From: a virus
DNA: 40,535 nt
IMG/VR virus record: IMGVR_UViG_3300036832_000511
Location: 1 to 40,535 of that record
Strand: one strand, 5' to 3'
Shown: positions 24,985 through 33,016 of the stretch, one piece after another
Layout of the letters: every line of letters begins with the position of its first letter
Numbering within the stretch: position 1 is the first letter of the stretch
Notes under the pieces: generated by a model
Told to the model about the DNA's origin: nothing
Databases searched by the model: none
Seen by the model: only the letters and a program-made list of their open reading frames with translations
Program-made: the position numbers and the translations under genes

Positions 24985-25016
24985 GATTAAGACGCCTCCC
25001 GCCTCTGTTGACAACA
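24985..25016 (-). promoter_or_regulatory. Candidate internal promoter with a palindromic operator upstream of the HTH gene.
   Basis: On the minus strand: TTGTCA (25014-25009), an 18-nt spacer, then TTAATC (24990-24985). The perfect palindrome TGTTG-A-CAACA at 25006-25016 overlaps the -35. It sits in a 138-bp gap inside an otherwise tightly coupled operon. Confidence 0.35.
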
Positions 25017-25065
25017 CTCAGCGCCTCAACCGCCCCGAGACTGTTGTAGAGCCGCTCGTAGAGCA

Positions 25066-25743
25066 TCACGTCGGCGCCTCGTTTGGCAGCAGCGCCACCG
25101 CCCGCAGCGTCGCGCGGGCCAAGTCCTCGATCGCGCCGTCGCCCTCCAGCTCGGCGATCTCGCGCAGCTTCGGCAGGCCGCTCTCGATCGCCTCCACGCA
25201 CTCGGCCAGCGTCGCTGCCCGGCCGTGCGCCCACCACTCGACGTGCTCGGGCGCGCCGAGCTGGAACAGGATGCCGCCGTTGCCGAGCGGCATGTCCGAG
25301 ACGTCGACCGCGCGGCTGTGGTGCAGGCTCGCCCAGAACGCGGTGACGCCGGGGTTGCGCTCGATCCTCAAGCCGGGCGCGAATCGCTCCTCGGGTAGAT
25401 CCTTTTCGTTGCGCCGCATGCGCGGGTTCGACAGGAACGGGCACGCCTGCACCGCATAGCGCGCACACTGCGGGTGCGACGGCGGCTCGGCCGACACCCG
25501 GTTGATCGCGCACATGGGCCCGATCAGCGACACCTTCAGCCGCCCCGGCTTGCCGCCGCAGACCCAGCAGCGATGTTGGTTGACCGCCGCGCGCAGCTTG
25601 CGCCAGTCGATCACCCGGAAGTCGGGCACGCCGCCCCGCCACTCGACGAACCACGGCACCGGGAAGCCGCGCACGTCGATCGGCAGCGCCTGCATCGAGG
25701 TCGGCAGCGGGATCGCGCGGATAGCCGCCGCCAGCTCGGTCAC
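25066..25743 (-). CDS. Cys-rich putative zinc-binding protein (225 aa) of unknown function.
   Basis: GTG start with a GTGA overlap. Motifs are PVPWFVEW..PDFRVID, CWVCGG, EPPSHPQCARYAVQACPFL (C..C ... H..C ... C.P). Confidence 0.5.
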   Translation of the reverse strand: MTELAAAIRAIPLPTSMQALPIDVRGFPVPWFVEWRGGVPDFRVIDWRKLRAAVNQHRCWVCGGKPGRLKVSLIGPMCAINRVSAEPPSHPQCARYAVQACPFLSNPRMRRNEKDLPEERFAPGLRIERNPGVTAFWASLHHSRAVDVSDMPLGNGGILFQLGAPEHVEWWAHGRAATLAECVEAIESGLPKLREIAELEGDGAIEDLARATLRAVALLPNEAPT

Positions 25744-25922
25744 GGCGTCGACGTCCGGATCATCGACTGGAGGAAGCTGCGCCTCTCTCCCTGCTCCAGA
25801 AGCAACCCGTCAGCCACGGTTTCGAGGATTTCGGCCGCCTCGTCGTCGCCGCCGCTCAGTCTGAGCTGCCGCGCCACCTTGCGCAGCGTCAGGATGGTGG
25901 CGATCGGGTCAGCGTCTCTCAC
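25740..25922 (-). CDS. Hypothetical protein (60 aa).
   Basis: GTG 25922 forms a GTGA overlap with the stop of 25919..26206, and its own stop overlaps the next start. GC3 is high. It is the C-terminal part of track ORF 25740..26123. Confidence 0.45.
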   Translation of the reverse strand: MRDADPIATILTLRKVARQLRLSGGDDEAAEILETVADGLLLEQGERRSFLQSMIRTSTP

Positions 25923-26206
25923 TGCACCCGCCTCTTGCCGGGCATGGCGTCGATCTCGTCGGCCGCCTCGCGCAGCGCCGCCGCCACCCAGTCCAGCTCG
26001 ACGGCGTAGGCCGTTGGCGTCTCGAATTGCGCCGCCAGCGCGCGCGCCTCGACCGGCGTCATGTGCATCGCCATCATGCCGTAGGTCAGGCCCACCCGCA
26101 GGCCGAACCCCTCCACGATGCACTTGCCGACCAGCAGCGTGTCGCCCGCGGGATCAGGCGACCACGGGATCACCCCGCTGATCCGCTCGGGCCCGCGCGG
26201 CTTCAT
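25919..26206 (-). CDS. Hypothetical protein (95 aa).
   Basis: Internal start MKPRGPERIS of ORF 25919..26809, forming an ATGA overlap with the scaffold stop. GC3 is high. Confidence 0.5.
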   Translation of the reverse strand: MKPRGPERISGVIPWSPDPAGDTLLVGKCIVEGFGLRVGLTYGMMAMHMTPVEARALAAQFETPTAYAVELDWVAAALREAADEIDAMPGKRRVQ

Positions 26207-27120
26207 CGCGCCGGCCCCGGCCGCGGATTGGCCGCCTCCAAGAGCTTGTTGCGCTCCGCGACCACCGTCTTGTGGGCCGGGTGGTGGCTGTCGAACAGCG
26301 CCGCCTGCTTGGCCTCGTCGAGGTTGAACTCGCCGAGCCTGGCGCTCGCCTGGGCCGGGGTCAGCGGCCGGTCGGCCTGCTCCGTCTCGCCCTGCTCCAT
26401 GCCGCCTGGCTCCTGCATGCGGTCGCTCATGCGGATCAGCATCTGCGTCCAGGCCGGGAAGGTGGTCAGCGTGTCGACGGTGAGCCCCGTCTCGCCCTTC
26501 GGATCGTAGCGGGCGAGGATGTTCTTCGCCTCGCGCATGCGGTCCTCGTAGGCGCCCCCGAACGCGGTCTTGAGCGCCGCCTCGCCGTCCGTCTTGCGCT
26601 GCGTGAGCGCCTCGGCCGACGCCTGCTGCTGCTCGGCGTTCATCTGCACCCACCACTCCAGCATGCCGCGCGCCTGGGCGGTCGGCAGGCCGACCTTGTG
26701 GGCCTGGGCGATGTATTTGCCCAAGAGCGCGTTGTCGGCCTCGTTGGCGCCGTCGCCGAGCTTGAACGCATAGCCCTCGGGCGTGCCGGGCAGGCCCAGC
26801 CGCGACCACACCGGCCGCATCGCCTCCTCGTTCGCCATGTCCTCGGGCAGATCGATGCGCCGGTCCTCGGGGACGCCGAACCGTTTCTCGAGGTTCACAT
26901 AGCCGCGCGCCATCTCCTCGGGCGTCGCGTAGCGGGTGACGCTGCGCTCGGCGGCCAGCGTCTTGTCGGTGAAGCCTTCCCAGAACGGCGCCGGCGGCGC
27001 GGTTCCGCCATTCGCCTGGCCGCCGCCAGGCTGGCCGCCGCCGGTCTGGCTAGGCGTCGACCCCGTCGAGGTCCCCGTCGTCGAGGACGGTTCCGAACCC
27101 GCTTGGTGCGTGTCGCTCAT
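26203..27120 (-). CDS. Scaffolding protein.
   Basis: AGGAG Shine-Dalgarno 8 nt upstream. The protein is acidic and helical with a Gly/Ser/Thr-rich N-terminus. It contains PEEMARGYVNLEKRFGVPED..IDLPED...AQAHKVGLPTAQARGML, typical of phage scaffolds. It lies between portal and capsid. Confidence 0.6.
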   Translation of the reverse strand: MSDTHQAGSEPSSTTGTSTGSTPSQTGGGQPGGGQANGGTAPPAPFWEGFTDKTLAAERSVTRYATPEEMARGYVNLEKRFGVPEDRRIDLPEDMANEEAMRPVWSRLGLPGTPEGYAFKLGDGANEADNALLGKYIAQAHKVGLPTAQARGMLEWWVQMNAEQQQASAEALTQRKTDGEAALKTAFGGAYEDRMREAKNILARYDPKGETGLTVDTLTTFPAWTQMLIRMSDRMQEPGGMEQGETEQADRPLTPAQASARLGEFNLDEAKQAALFDSHHPAHKTVVAERNKLLEAANPRPGPAR

Positions 27121-27415
27121 CGGGCAACTCCTGTGTAAGCACCGCAGCCGCCGCCAGGGCGGCTTCGTCGTAGCCCGCCTCGTTGGCGAGCCGGATGGCC
27201 GAATCCATCATGCCGGCCGAGTACCGTAGCTGCGCGTCGGAGGCGTCGTTCCCCATCGGCCGCCCGACGCCGCAGGCCCACAGGTGATGCAGCAGCACGA
27301 ACTTGCCCAGATCCGAGGCGAACACCGCCCGGTAGGCGTGCTGCACCGCCTGCTCGTCCCCGGCGCGGAGCTGCGCGGTGAGGGCTGGCGCGTCGATGGC
27401 GGGGACGTCGGTCAC
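27050..27415 (-). CDS. Hypothetical protein (121 aa).
   Basis: GTGA overlap with the upstream gene. Its 3' end overlaps the scaffold start by 71 nt in another frame. Confidence 0.45.
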   Translation of the reverse strand: MTDVPAIDAPALTAQLRAGDEQAVQHAYRAVFASDLGKFVLLHHLWACGVGRPMGNDASDAQLRYSAGMMDSAIRLANEAGYDEAALAAAAVLTQELPDERHAPSGFGTVLDDGDLDGVDA

Positions 27416-27726
27416 TGCCGACCACCGTGCGTCACGACGTGCTTCAGCTTGAACTTATCGATGAACTCGTTCAGCTCGGCCGACATCAGATCCATGCGCC
27501 GCATGTCCGCCTCGGTCGCCTCCTCGCCCTCGTCGAACATCGCCATCATGCTGCCGAACACGTGCTGCGCGCCCGCGAAGAAGGCGTTCCGCATCTCCTC
27601 CAACTGCAGCGCCGAGGCGTTCTCGGGAATCGCCATCAGCCGCAGGCTCACCCACCCCGACTCGACCAGCTTGCCCTCGTCGGCCAGCTCCCGCGTCAGC
27701 CGCTCCAGATAGGCCCGATCAACCAT
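27412..27726 (-). CDS. Hypothetical acidic protein (104 aa).
   Basis: A complete ORF, coupled to both flanking genes. Confidence 0.5.
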   Translation of the reverse strand: MVDRAYLERLTRELADEGKLVESGWVSLRLMAIPENASALQLEEMRNAFFAGAQHVFGSMMAMFDEGEEATEADMRRMDLMSAELNEFIDKFKLKHVVTHGGRQ

Positions 27727-27940
27727 CGCCTCCGTCTCCTCGCTGGTCGTCCTTCTCGTCCATCGCCTGGCCCACCAGCCATCGGAAGATGATCCCGGCC
27801 GCCGCGTAGTCCTCGGCGAAGATCGCGATCACCCCGCCTGGGCCGGGGAAGAGTTCGAACCGGCACTTGGCGAGGTCCGCCGGTCGCGGCGTGTCCTCGT
27901 AGGGGAGCCAGCCTCCGTGCGTAACCCTGCCTTCCGCCAT
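27719..27940 (-). CDS. Hypothetical protein (73 aa).
   Basis: Internal start MAEGRVTHGG of track ORF 27719..28408. GC3 is high. It fills the gap after the portal stop (27963). Confidence 0.45.
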   Translation of the reverse strand: MAEGRVTHGGWLPYEDTPRPADLAKCRFELFPGPGGVIAIFAEDYAAAGIIFRWLVGQAMDEKDDQRGDGGDG

Positions 27941-27962
27941 GTCCGCCAGCACCACGTGTGAG

Positions 27963-29789
27963 TCAGCCGGCGGCGAGCGCGGCCGCGAGAGGGTTTGTTG
28001 GCGCAAATGGTGCGCCTGCGCCTGCTGGCGGGCCCGCTTGACCGCCCGGACCGCTTCCGGGTCCACCTGGCGCTCCAGCTTGGGCCGCGGTGGCGTGGGC
28101 GTCGGCGAGGTCGCTGGCGGCGCTGGCGCCGGACTTGGCGGCGTCGCCCACCGCTTTGAGTTTCGCCGCGTTCGCCATTTGCTCTTGCTGCTGTTGTTGC
28201 TGGGCACGGAACTGAGCCACCTTTGCCTGAGAGGTCGCCGTTCCGGGGGGCGAGCCGAGGCCGCTCTGGATCGCCCGCAGCGTGTTTTCGAGATCCACCA
28301 CTTGCGCCGCGGCTGGGTCCTGACCGGCGACGAGCCCGCGCACTTGGATGAGCTGCAGCAGGGACTGCACGTTTCCACGAAGCTGGGCGATCGCCAGGGG
28401 CCCGGCATACTCCCAATCCACTAAAGCTCCCGCCACCCCGGAAGGCACTGGTCTGGGTAGCATCGCCTCTTCTTTCAATCCGTCAAGCGTGCGGTCGCCA
28501 AGCACCGTCATTGGCATCTCGCAGTTCGACACAATCGAAGCCATGCCGCGCAGCCGAATATCCCGCCTCTCCGTCACCTCCTCGGCGGTCATGTCGCCGC
28601 TTTCGCGCAGGTTCATCCAGTCCACGAAGTAACCGCGCTCGATCACTTCGGTCAGATACTTGATGTGTTCCAGCACCGGCCCCGGATCACCTGTGAGGTC
28701 GAGCTTGATGATGGCGTCCTTGGCGCTCTGGATGCCCAGGCCCGCCGGATTGTACGCATTCGGAGCACCTGGGCGCCGGTCGAGCGGCTTGGAGAACATG
28801 CGAACCGGCCAGGCCAGCGGCGGCATCGCCTTCTGCTCGACAATGTCCTCAACCGCCATCTGCAGGTGGTTGAGCACCATGCATTCGGCGAGGATGCCGA
28901 CGCCCATCCCTTCAGAGTAGGCGTTGCCGGGGAAGTTGTTGTAGCGGAACACAGCATAGGGGAAGCTGTCGAAACCACTTTCCTCGAGTATCGCCTTCTT
29001 CTCCTCGGCGATGATCACGTACTTGAACGGCTTTGCTTGGCCCACCGCGCCGGGCCGCCCGCCTATTCTGGGCTCGACCGCGGCGATGACCGGCGTCATC
29101 TCCATCTCGTCGTGCCGATCGGGGATGCGAAGCTTGTCCTCCCAGCCCTCGCACGACGCCGCCTTCGGCCACCGCTGCACCACCCGCCACACCGGCAGAA
29201 GCTGGCGGAAGTAGAGCGTATCGATCTCCCCCTCTTCGTTCTCGGCCCACCAGCACGCCTCCAGCGGGCGCGCCTGGTAGTAGGGCCCGAAGCCGCGCTT
29301 GCGGCCGGTCCACATGACCCCGCAGCCGAAGCAGACGAACTCCTGCAGGATCGAGTTCAGCGCGAGCATCAGCCGCGCGCGCGGCAGCATCATCCGGTCG
29401 AAGATCGTCCACGCGGTCGCGTTCAGGTAGTCGATCGACTCCTGATCGAGGTCGGTCGCGCGCCCCGCCTGCGCCAGCCCGCGCTTGACGTTGGGCAGCA
29501 GGTTCGGCCGGGTCGGGTCGATCAGGTAGGCGAGGACGAAGGCCGCCGCTCGCGCGTTCGCCTGCGTCGCCACCTGCGAGGTGATCCGGTGCGGTCGGAG
29601 CTGGTTCGGCCGGGTGGCGACGGTGAAGTCGCGCCGCGCCAGGATGTAGTCGCTGCAGAGCTGCCACTTGCGGTCATAGTGGGCCCGGCCGACGCGCAAG
29701 GAGTGGTAGTAGCGAATGTAGTGGTCGACGGGATTCGGCGAGGTGACGATCGCCGGCTTTTTGGGAAGGCCAGACCCGTCGTCCGCCAT
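27963..29789 (-). CDS. Portal protein.
   Basis: 608 aa, located downstream of TerL and upstream of the scaffold. The C-terminus is Gln/Ala/Gly-rich, as in many podovirus portals. Confidence 0.65.
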   Translation of the reverse strand: MADDGSGLPKKPAIVTSPNPVDHYIRYYHSLRVGRAHYDRKWQLCSDYILARRDFTVATRPNQLRPHRITSQVATQANARAAAFVLAYLIDPTRPNLLPNVKRGLAQAGRATDLDQESIDYLNATAWTIFDRMMLPRARLMLALNSILQEFVCFGCGVMWTGRKRGFGPYYQARPLEACWWAENEEGEIDTLYFRQLLPVWRVVQRWPKAASCEGWEDKLRIPDRHDEMEMTPVIAAVEPRIGGRPGAVGQAKPFKYVIIAEEKKAILEESGFDSFPYAVFRYNNFPGNAYSEGMGVGILAECMVLNHLQMAVEDIVEQKAMPPLAWPVRMFSKPLDRRPGAPNAYNPAGLGIQSAKDAIIKLDLTGDPGPVLEHIKYLTEVIERGYFVDWMNLRESGDMTAEEVTERRDIRLRGMASIVSNCEMPMTVLGDRTLDGLKEEAMLPRPVPSGVAGALVDWEYAGPLAIAQLRGNVQSLLQLIQVRGLVAGQDPAAAQVVDLENTLRAIQSGLGSPPGTATSQAKVAQFRAQQQQQQEQMANAAKLKAVGDAAKSGASAASDLADAHATAAQAGAPGGPGSGPGGQAGPPAGAGAPFAPTNPLAAALAAG

Positions 29790-29790
29790 G

Positions 29791-30045
29791 TCACCCGCTC
29801 ACGCCGGTGCGCGCCGAGAGCCCTGCGAAGATGCTGCTGCCGCCGCCAGGCGCGCCGGGCATCGTCGAGCCGCCGCTCGGCGGCAGGCCGAGCCCGCGGC
29901 CGGCGCCGGTCCCCGAAAGCGTGTCGCCCTGCGTGCCGCCCGACTGCAGGCGCCGGGTCATCTCGTCGGCCAGCCGGTTCTGCGTGTCGTAGGGGTTCGG
30001 CGGCGTCGGCGTGTCGAGCTTCGGCGGGTTGAAGAGGCCAGCCAT
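29791..30045 (-). CDS. Hypothetical Gly/Pro-rich protein (84 aa).
   Basis: A complete ORF between TerL and the portal, spaced 1 nt from the portal start. Confidence 0.45.
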   Translation of the reverse strand: MAGLFNPPKLDTPTPPNPYDTQNRLADEMTRRLQSGGTQGDTLSGTGAGRGLGLPPSGGSTMPGAPGGGSSIFAGLSARTGVSG

Positions 30046-30047
30046 CG

Positions 30048-30260
30048 TCAGGCCCTCCGTTCCAGGGGGTAAGCTTTCAGCACCGGCTTCGGCCAGGGCC
30101 GCGCGCCGTCGCGGGCGAGCGCCACCGAGAGCTGCTGCGTCCAGTAGGCCGCGTTCTGCTGCCAGACGCGCACCGCCGCCGCTGCCCGGTCGAGCTGCTG
30201 GCGCGCCTCCATGATCGAGTAGCCGTCGTCACCGTCCGTCCTGTGCGTCGCATCGCCCAT
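30048..30260 (-). CDS. Hypothetical protein (70 aa).
   Basis: A complete ORF 2 nt downstream of the TerL stop. Confidence 0.45.
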   Translation of the reverse strand: MGDATHRTDGDDGYSIMEARQQLDRAAAAVRVWQQNAAYWTQQLSVALARDGARPWPKPVLKAYPLERRA

Positions 30261-30262
30261 CG

Positions 30263-31783
30263 TCAGGCTCCTGGCAGGATCGCGCGGACCTCATCATCGC
30301 CTCCCTCGAAAGCCGGTCGGATGAGCCGCCCTTCGTGGGCGTCCATGCCGTCGATGGTGAGCGGCCCGTACTCCGCGGCCTCGCAGACGTGGCTGTGGCG
30401 GTTCTTGGCGGGGATCGGCGACACCTGCCCCGCCCGCCGCGGGTAGTGGAAGCCGCCCACCAGCCCCTCGATCAGCCCCTGGCAGGCCGGGTCGATGATG
30501 ATCATCGGCTCGCGCGGATCTCCGCTGACGCGGGCCACGAACAGCTTGTCGAGCGCCCCGCGCCGGAACTTCGGATTGTTGGTGGGCGCCGGCGTCACCT
30601 CGATCCCCGAGTACGCCTGCAGCGCCTGGGCGTCGGAGTACTCGGTCTGCGCCGAGCGCGCCGTCGCCGCCGGGTCGACGCAGATCACCGCGCCGCGCGC
30701 CTTGGCGAACCTCGGGCTCTCCGCGGCCTGGCGCAGCCGCCCGCCCAGCTCCTGCAGGCTCATCTGGCCTTCGCGCAGGAATACCTCGTCGAGGAAGCAC
30801 CACTGGCCGGTGTGGCGGCGCTGTTCGAACGTCGCGCCGGGGATCAGCGCGTTCGATCCGCAGTCGACGCTGATGACGAGATCCGCGTAGGGGTCGACCG
30901 AGATCTCCCGGGTGGCGACGTGCGTCACCTCGTCGAAGTTCGGATGCACCGGCTGGCCGTGCCGCCCGTAGCCTGGCCGGTTGTCGATCAGCCGCCGCTC
31001 GTCGTAGGCGTCGAGCTGCGCGGCCATCTCGCCGTAGTAGTCCTTCGCCAGCTTGCGGAGGTTGAACATGTTCTCGGCGTTCGGCGAGCGCCCGCCCGGC
31101 TGAATCCACAGCCGGTCAGTCGGCGGCGCCGCTTTCCCGGTCGGCATGAGCCTCTGGTAGAAGCGCCGGTAGAACGGCGTGCCGATCATCGGCGCGTTGG
31201 CGTCGCCCCAGATCCCCTTGAACGGCGACACCTCGCTCAAGTCTGGCCGGTCCTCGGGCTCGGGGTAGCGGCCGGCGCGGTTCGACGCCATCGACAGGAT
31301 CGCGTCGAGGTCGGCGTTGGTGTCGGCCTCGGGAAGCCACGCCGCGGTGAACTCGAAACCTCGGAAGAAGTCCTCAATGTCCAGGTCATTCACGGCGCGG
31401 AACAGTACTTCGACGTGGCAGCGGCTGGCTGTGCCGTCGATGTTCAGCACAGCGTCGAAGATATGATCGGCCGGGTCGCCCCGAGATCCCCGAAACTCCC
31501 CGATCGAGTTGCGGAACACCTTGAAGTAGCTGGGCATCACGGTGTCCCAGGCGCGCCGGTAGGTGGGGCACACCACGACGACGCGGGCCTTGCGGATTCC
31601 GTCGCGAGGACTAGGGTCTTGCCAGCGAGCGACACGGAGACAACGCCGGGCTGAGCCGGTGGTCTTCCCCCCACCCGTAGGCCCCACGATCATGTTCACC
31701 GGCGCGCGGCTCGTCTCGTAGGCCCGCTCGACCGGCCCCGCGAAGCTCCACGCCCTGACGTCCGTCGCGACGTACTCGTCCAC
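30263..31783 (-). CDS. terL: Terminase large subunit.
   Basis: GTG start. Walker A is IVGPTGGGKTTGSARR. The 506-aa size, acidic nuclease-like C-terminal half and position upstream of the portal support the call. Confidence 0.75.
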   Translation of the reverse strand: MDEYVATDVRAWSFAGPVERAYETSRAPVNMIVGPTGGGKTTGSARRCLRVARWQDPSPRDGIRKARVVVVCPTYRRAWDTVMPSYFKVFRNSIGEFRGSRGDPADHIFDAVLNIDGTASRCHVEVLFRAVNDLDIEDFFRGFEFTAAWLPEADTNADLDAILSMASNRAGRYPEPEDRPDLSEVSPFKGIWGDANAPMIGTPFYRRFYQRLMPTGKAAPPTDRLWIQPGGRSPNAENMFNLRKLAKDYYGEMAAQLDAYDERRLIDNRPGYGRHGQPVHPNFDEVTHVATREISVDPYADLVISVDCGSNALIPGATFEQRRHTGQWCFLDEVFLREGQMSLQELGGRLRQAAESPRFAKARGAVICVDPAATARSAQTEYSDAQALQAYSGIEVTPAPTNNPKFRRGALDKLFVARVSGDPREPMIIIDPACQGLIEGLVGGFHYPRRAGQVSPIPAKNRHSHVCEAAEYGPLTIDGMDAHEGRLIRPAFEGGDDEVRAILPGA

Positions 31784-32056
31784 ACCCGCACCCGTTTGGT
31801 TCGATGAGTGTGGGCGGCCCCGCCAAGCAGTCGGACGAGTTTCAAAAGCTCAGCTCCTGACGGAACGAGCCCGACAGTCAGGGGGCACGCGCGCGAGGGA
31901 GGGGGTGGGCGCCGGCCCGCGCGCTGGCGCGCCCGCCTAAGAGCGCGCCTAAGAGCGCGCCCGCGTAGCAGCGGCGAAGCCGCTGCCAGGCGCGCGCGCG
32001 GAGGGCCGTCCCGTTGATTGTCGATCAATGGGCCGGCGAGCTAACCGCTTGATTTG

Positions 32057-32623
32057 TCAGGGTTCTTCGTCAGCTTCCGACGCCGCGCTTCCGACGCCGA
32101 TCGGCTCGCCTTCCAAAAGACCAATGAAATCAGGGTCTTGCTCATCGCCCGGCAGCTCGCCCATCGCCATGTCGGCGACGTCGCTTTCCGGAACGATGTA
32201 GACCGTCGCCGCGGGCGCCGAGCCGGCGTCGCGCGCCATCGGCTGAACCTGATGCACGTACTTCATCAGCCCCTCGCGCTCGCGCGTCAGGATGAGCCAA
32301 GCCTCGTACGGCTCGCACCCGAGCGCCTTGCCGAGTCGCTTCGCCTTGACAGCCATCGCCAGGCTCACCGGGTCCAGCCCTAGGTCGACCAAGCCGAGAT
32401 CCCGCGCCGCGTCCGGAGCGGCTTCGATCTCACCCGGCGTCAAGAGCGCCAGGTGCGCCGATTGCTGGCCTGGCGTCATCCCGCCGAACGTCGCCGCAAC
32501 CCAACGCGCCAGGTCGGTCGACCGCTTGTTCGGTGTCCCCGGCGCGCGCCCTCCCCGACGCTCCGGAAGGGCCCGGCTAGGCGTCGGCGCGGCTGAGCCG
32601 TTCAGGTGCGGCGCATCGGTCAT
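32057..32623 (-). CDS. Putative terminase small subunit / DNA-recognition protein.
   Basis: First gene of the late operon. The basic N-terminus RRGGRAPGTPNKRS and acidic C-terminal tail fit a TerS, as does its position upstream of TerL, although it is separated from TerL by a 273-bp gap. Confidence 0.4.
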   Translation of the reverse strand: MTDAPHLNGSAAPTPSRALPERRGGRAPGTPNKRSTDLARWVAATFGGMTPGQQSAHLALLTPGEIEAAPDAARDLGLVDLGLDPVSLAMAVKAKRLGKALGCEPYEAWLILTREREGLMKYVHQVQPMARDAGSAPAATVYIVPESDVADMAMGELPGDEQDPDFIGLLEGEPIGVGSAASEADEEP

Positions 32624-32682
32624 TCGCTATTCCGGCCCTACTTTGGCGCGCCAGGTGCGACGTCGGCTAAGCCGGAAACTGC

Positions 32683-32946
32683 TAGTTCCCGCCCTAGTTC
32701 CCGTTCTCCCTCTCTATCTTATTGATTTACCTCAACTATCTATCTCGGGAACTGCGGGAACTACGGGAACTACGTGTGTCGCGCTAGGCGCGCAGCCGCC
32801 CCGCGCGCGGCGTTCACTTCGCGCGCGCGCGATCGCGAGTCGACCTAGTTCCCCTAGTGTCTCTAGTTCCCAGACCCCTAAGCCATTGATCCGGCTCGGC
32901 TTTCTCGGGAACTAGGCTTGCGCCGCTGGTAGTTCCCGTAGTTCCC
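32683..32946. repeat. Iteron-like array: ten copies of TAGTTCCC / GGGAACTA around an AT-rich core (32711-32746).
   Basis: Copies on one strand at 32683, 32695, 32846, 32864, 32930 and 32939. Copies on the other strand at 32747, 32756, 32765 and 32907. The array includes a 9-bp tandem triplet GGGAACTnC. Confidence 0.8.
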
Positions 32947-33016
32947 GCGCTCACGCGCTAGGGGCGCAACAACCCTCTCCCCAACGGGTGCGGGCGACTA
33001 ATCACAATTACGGGTA

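Noticed and set aside
31696-32028. The 110-aa ORF in the TerS-TerL gap.
   Set aside because: It is Arg/Ala-rich low complexity, overlaps the TerL start by 88 nt, and has no ribosome-binding site. It is treated as non-coding.
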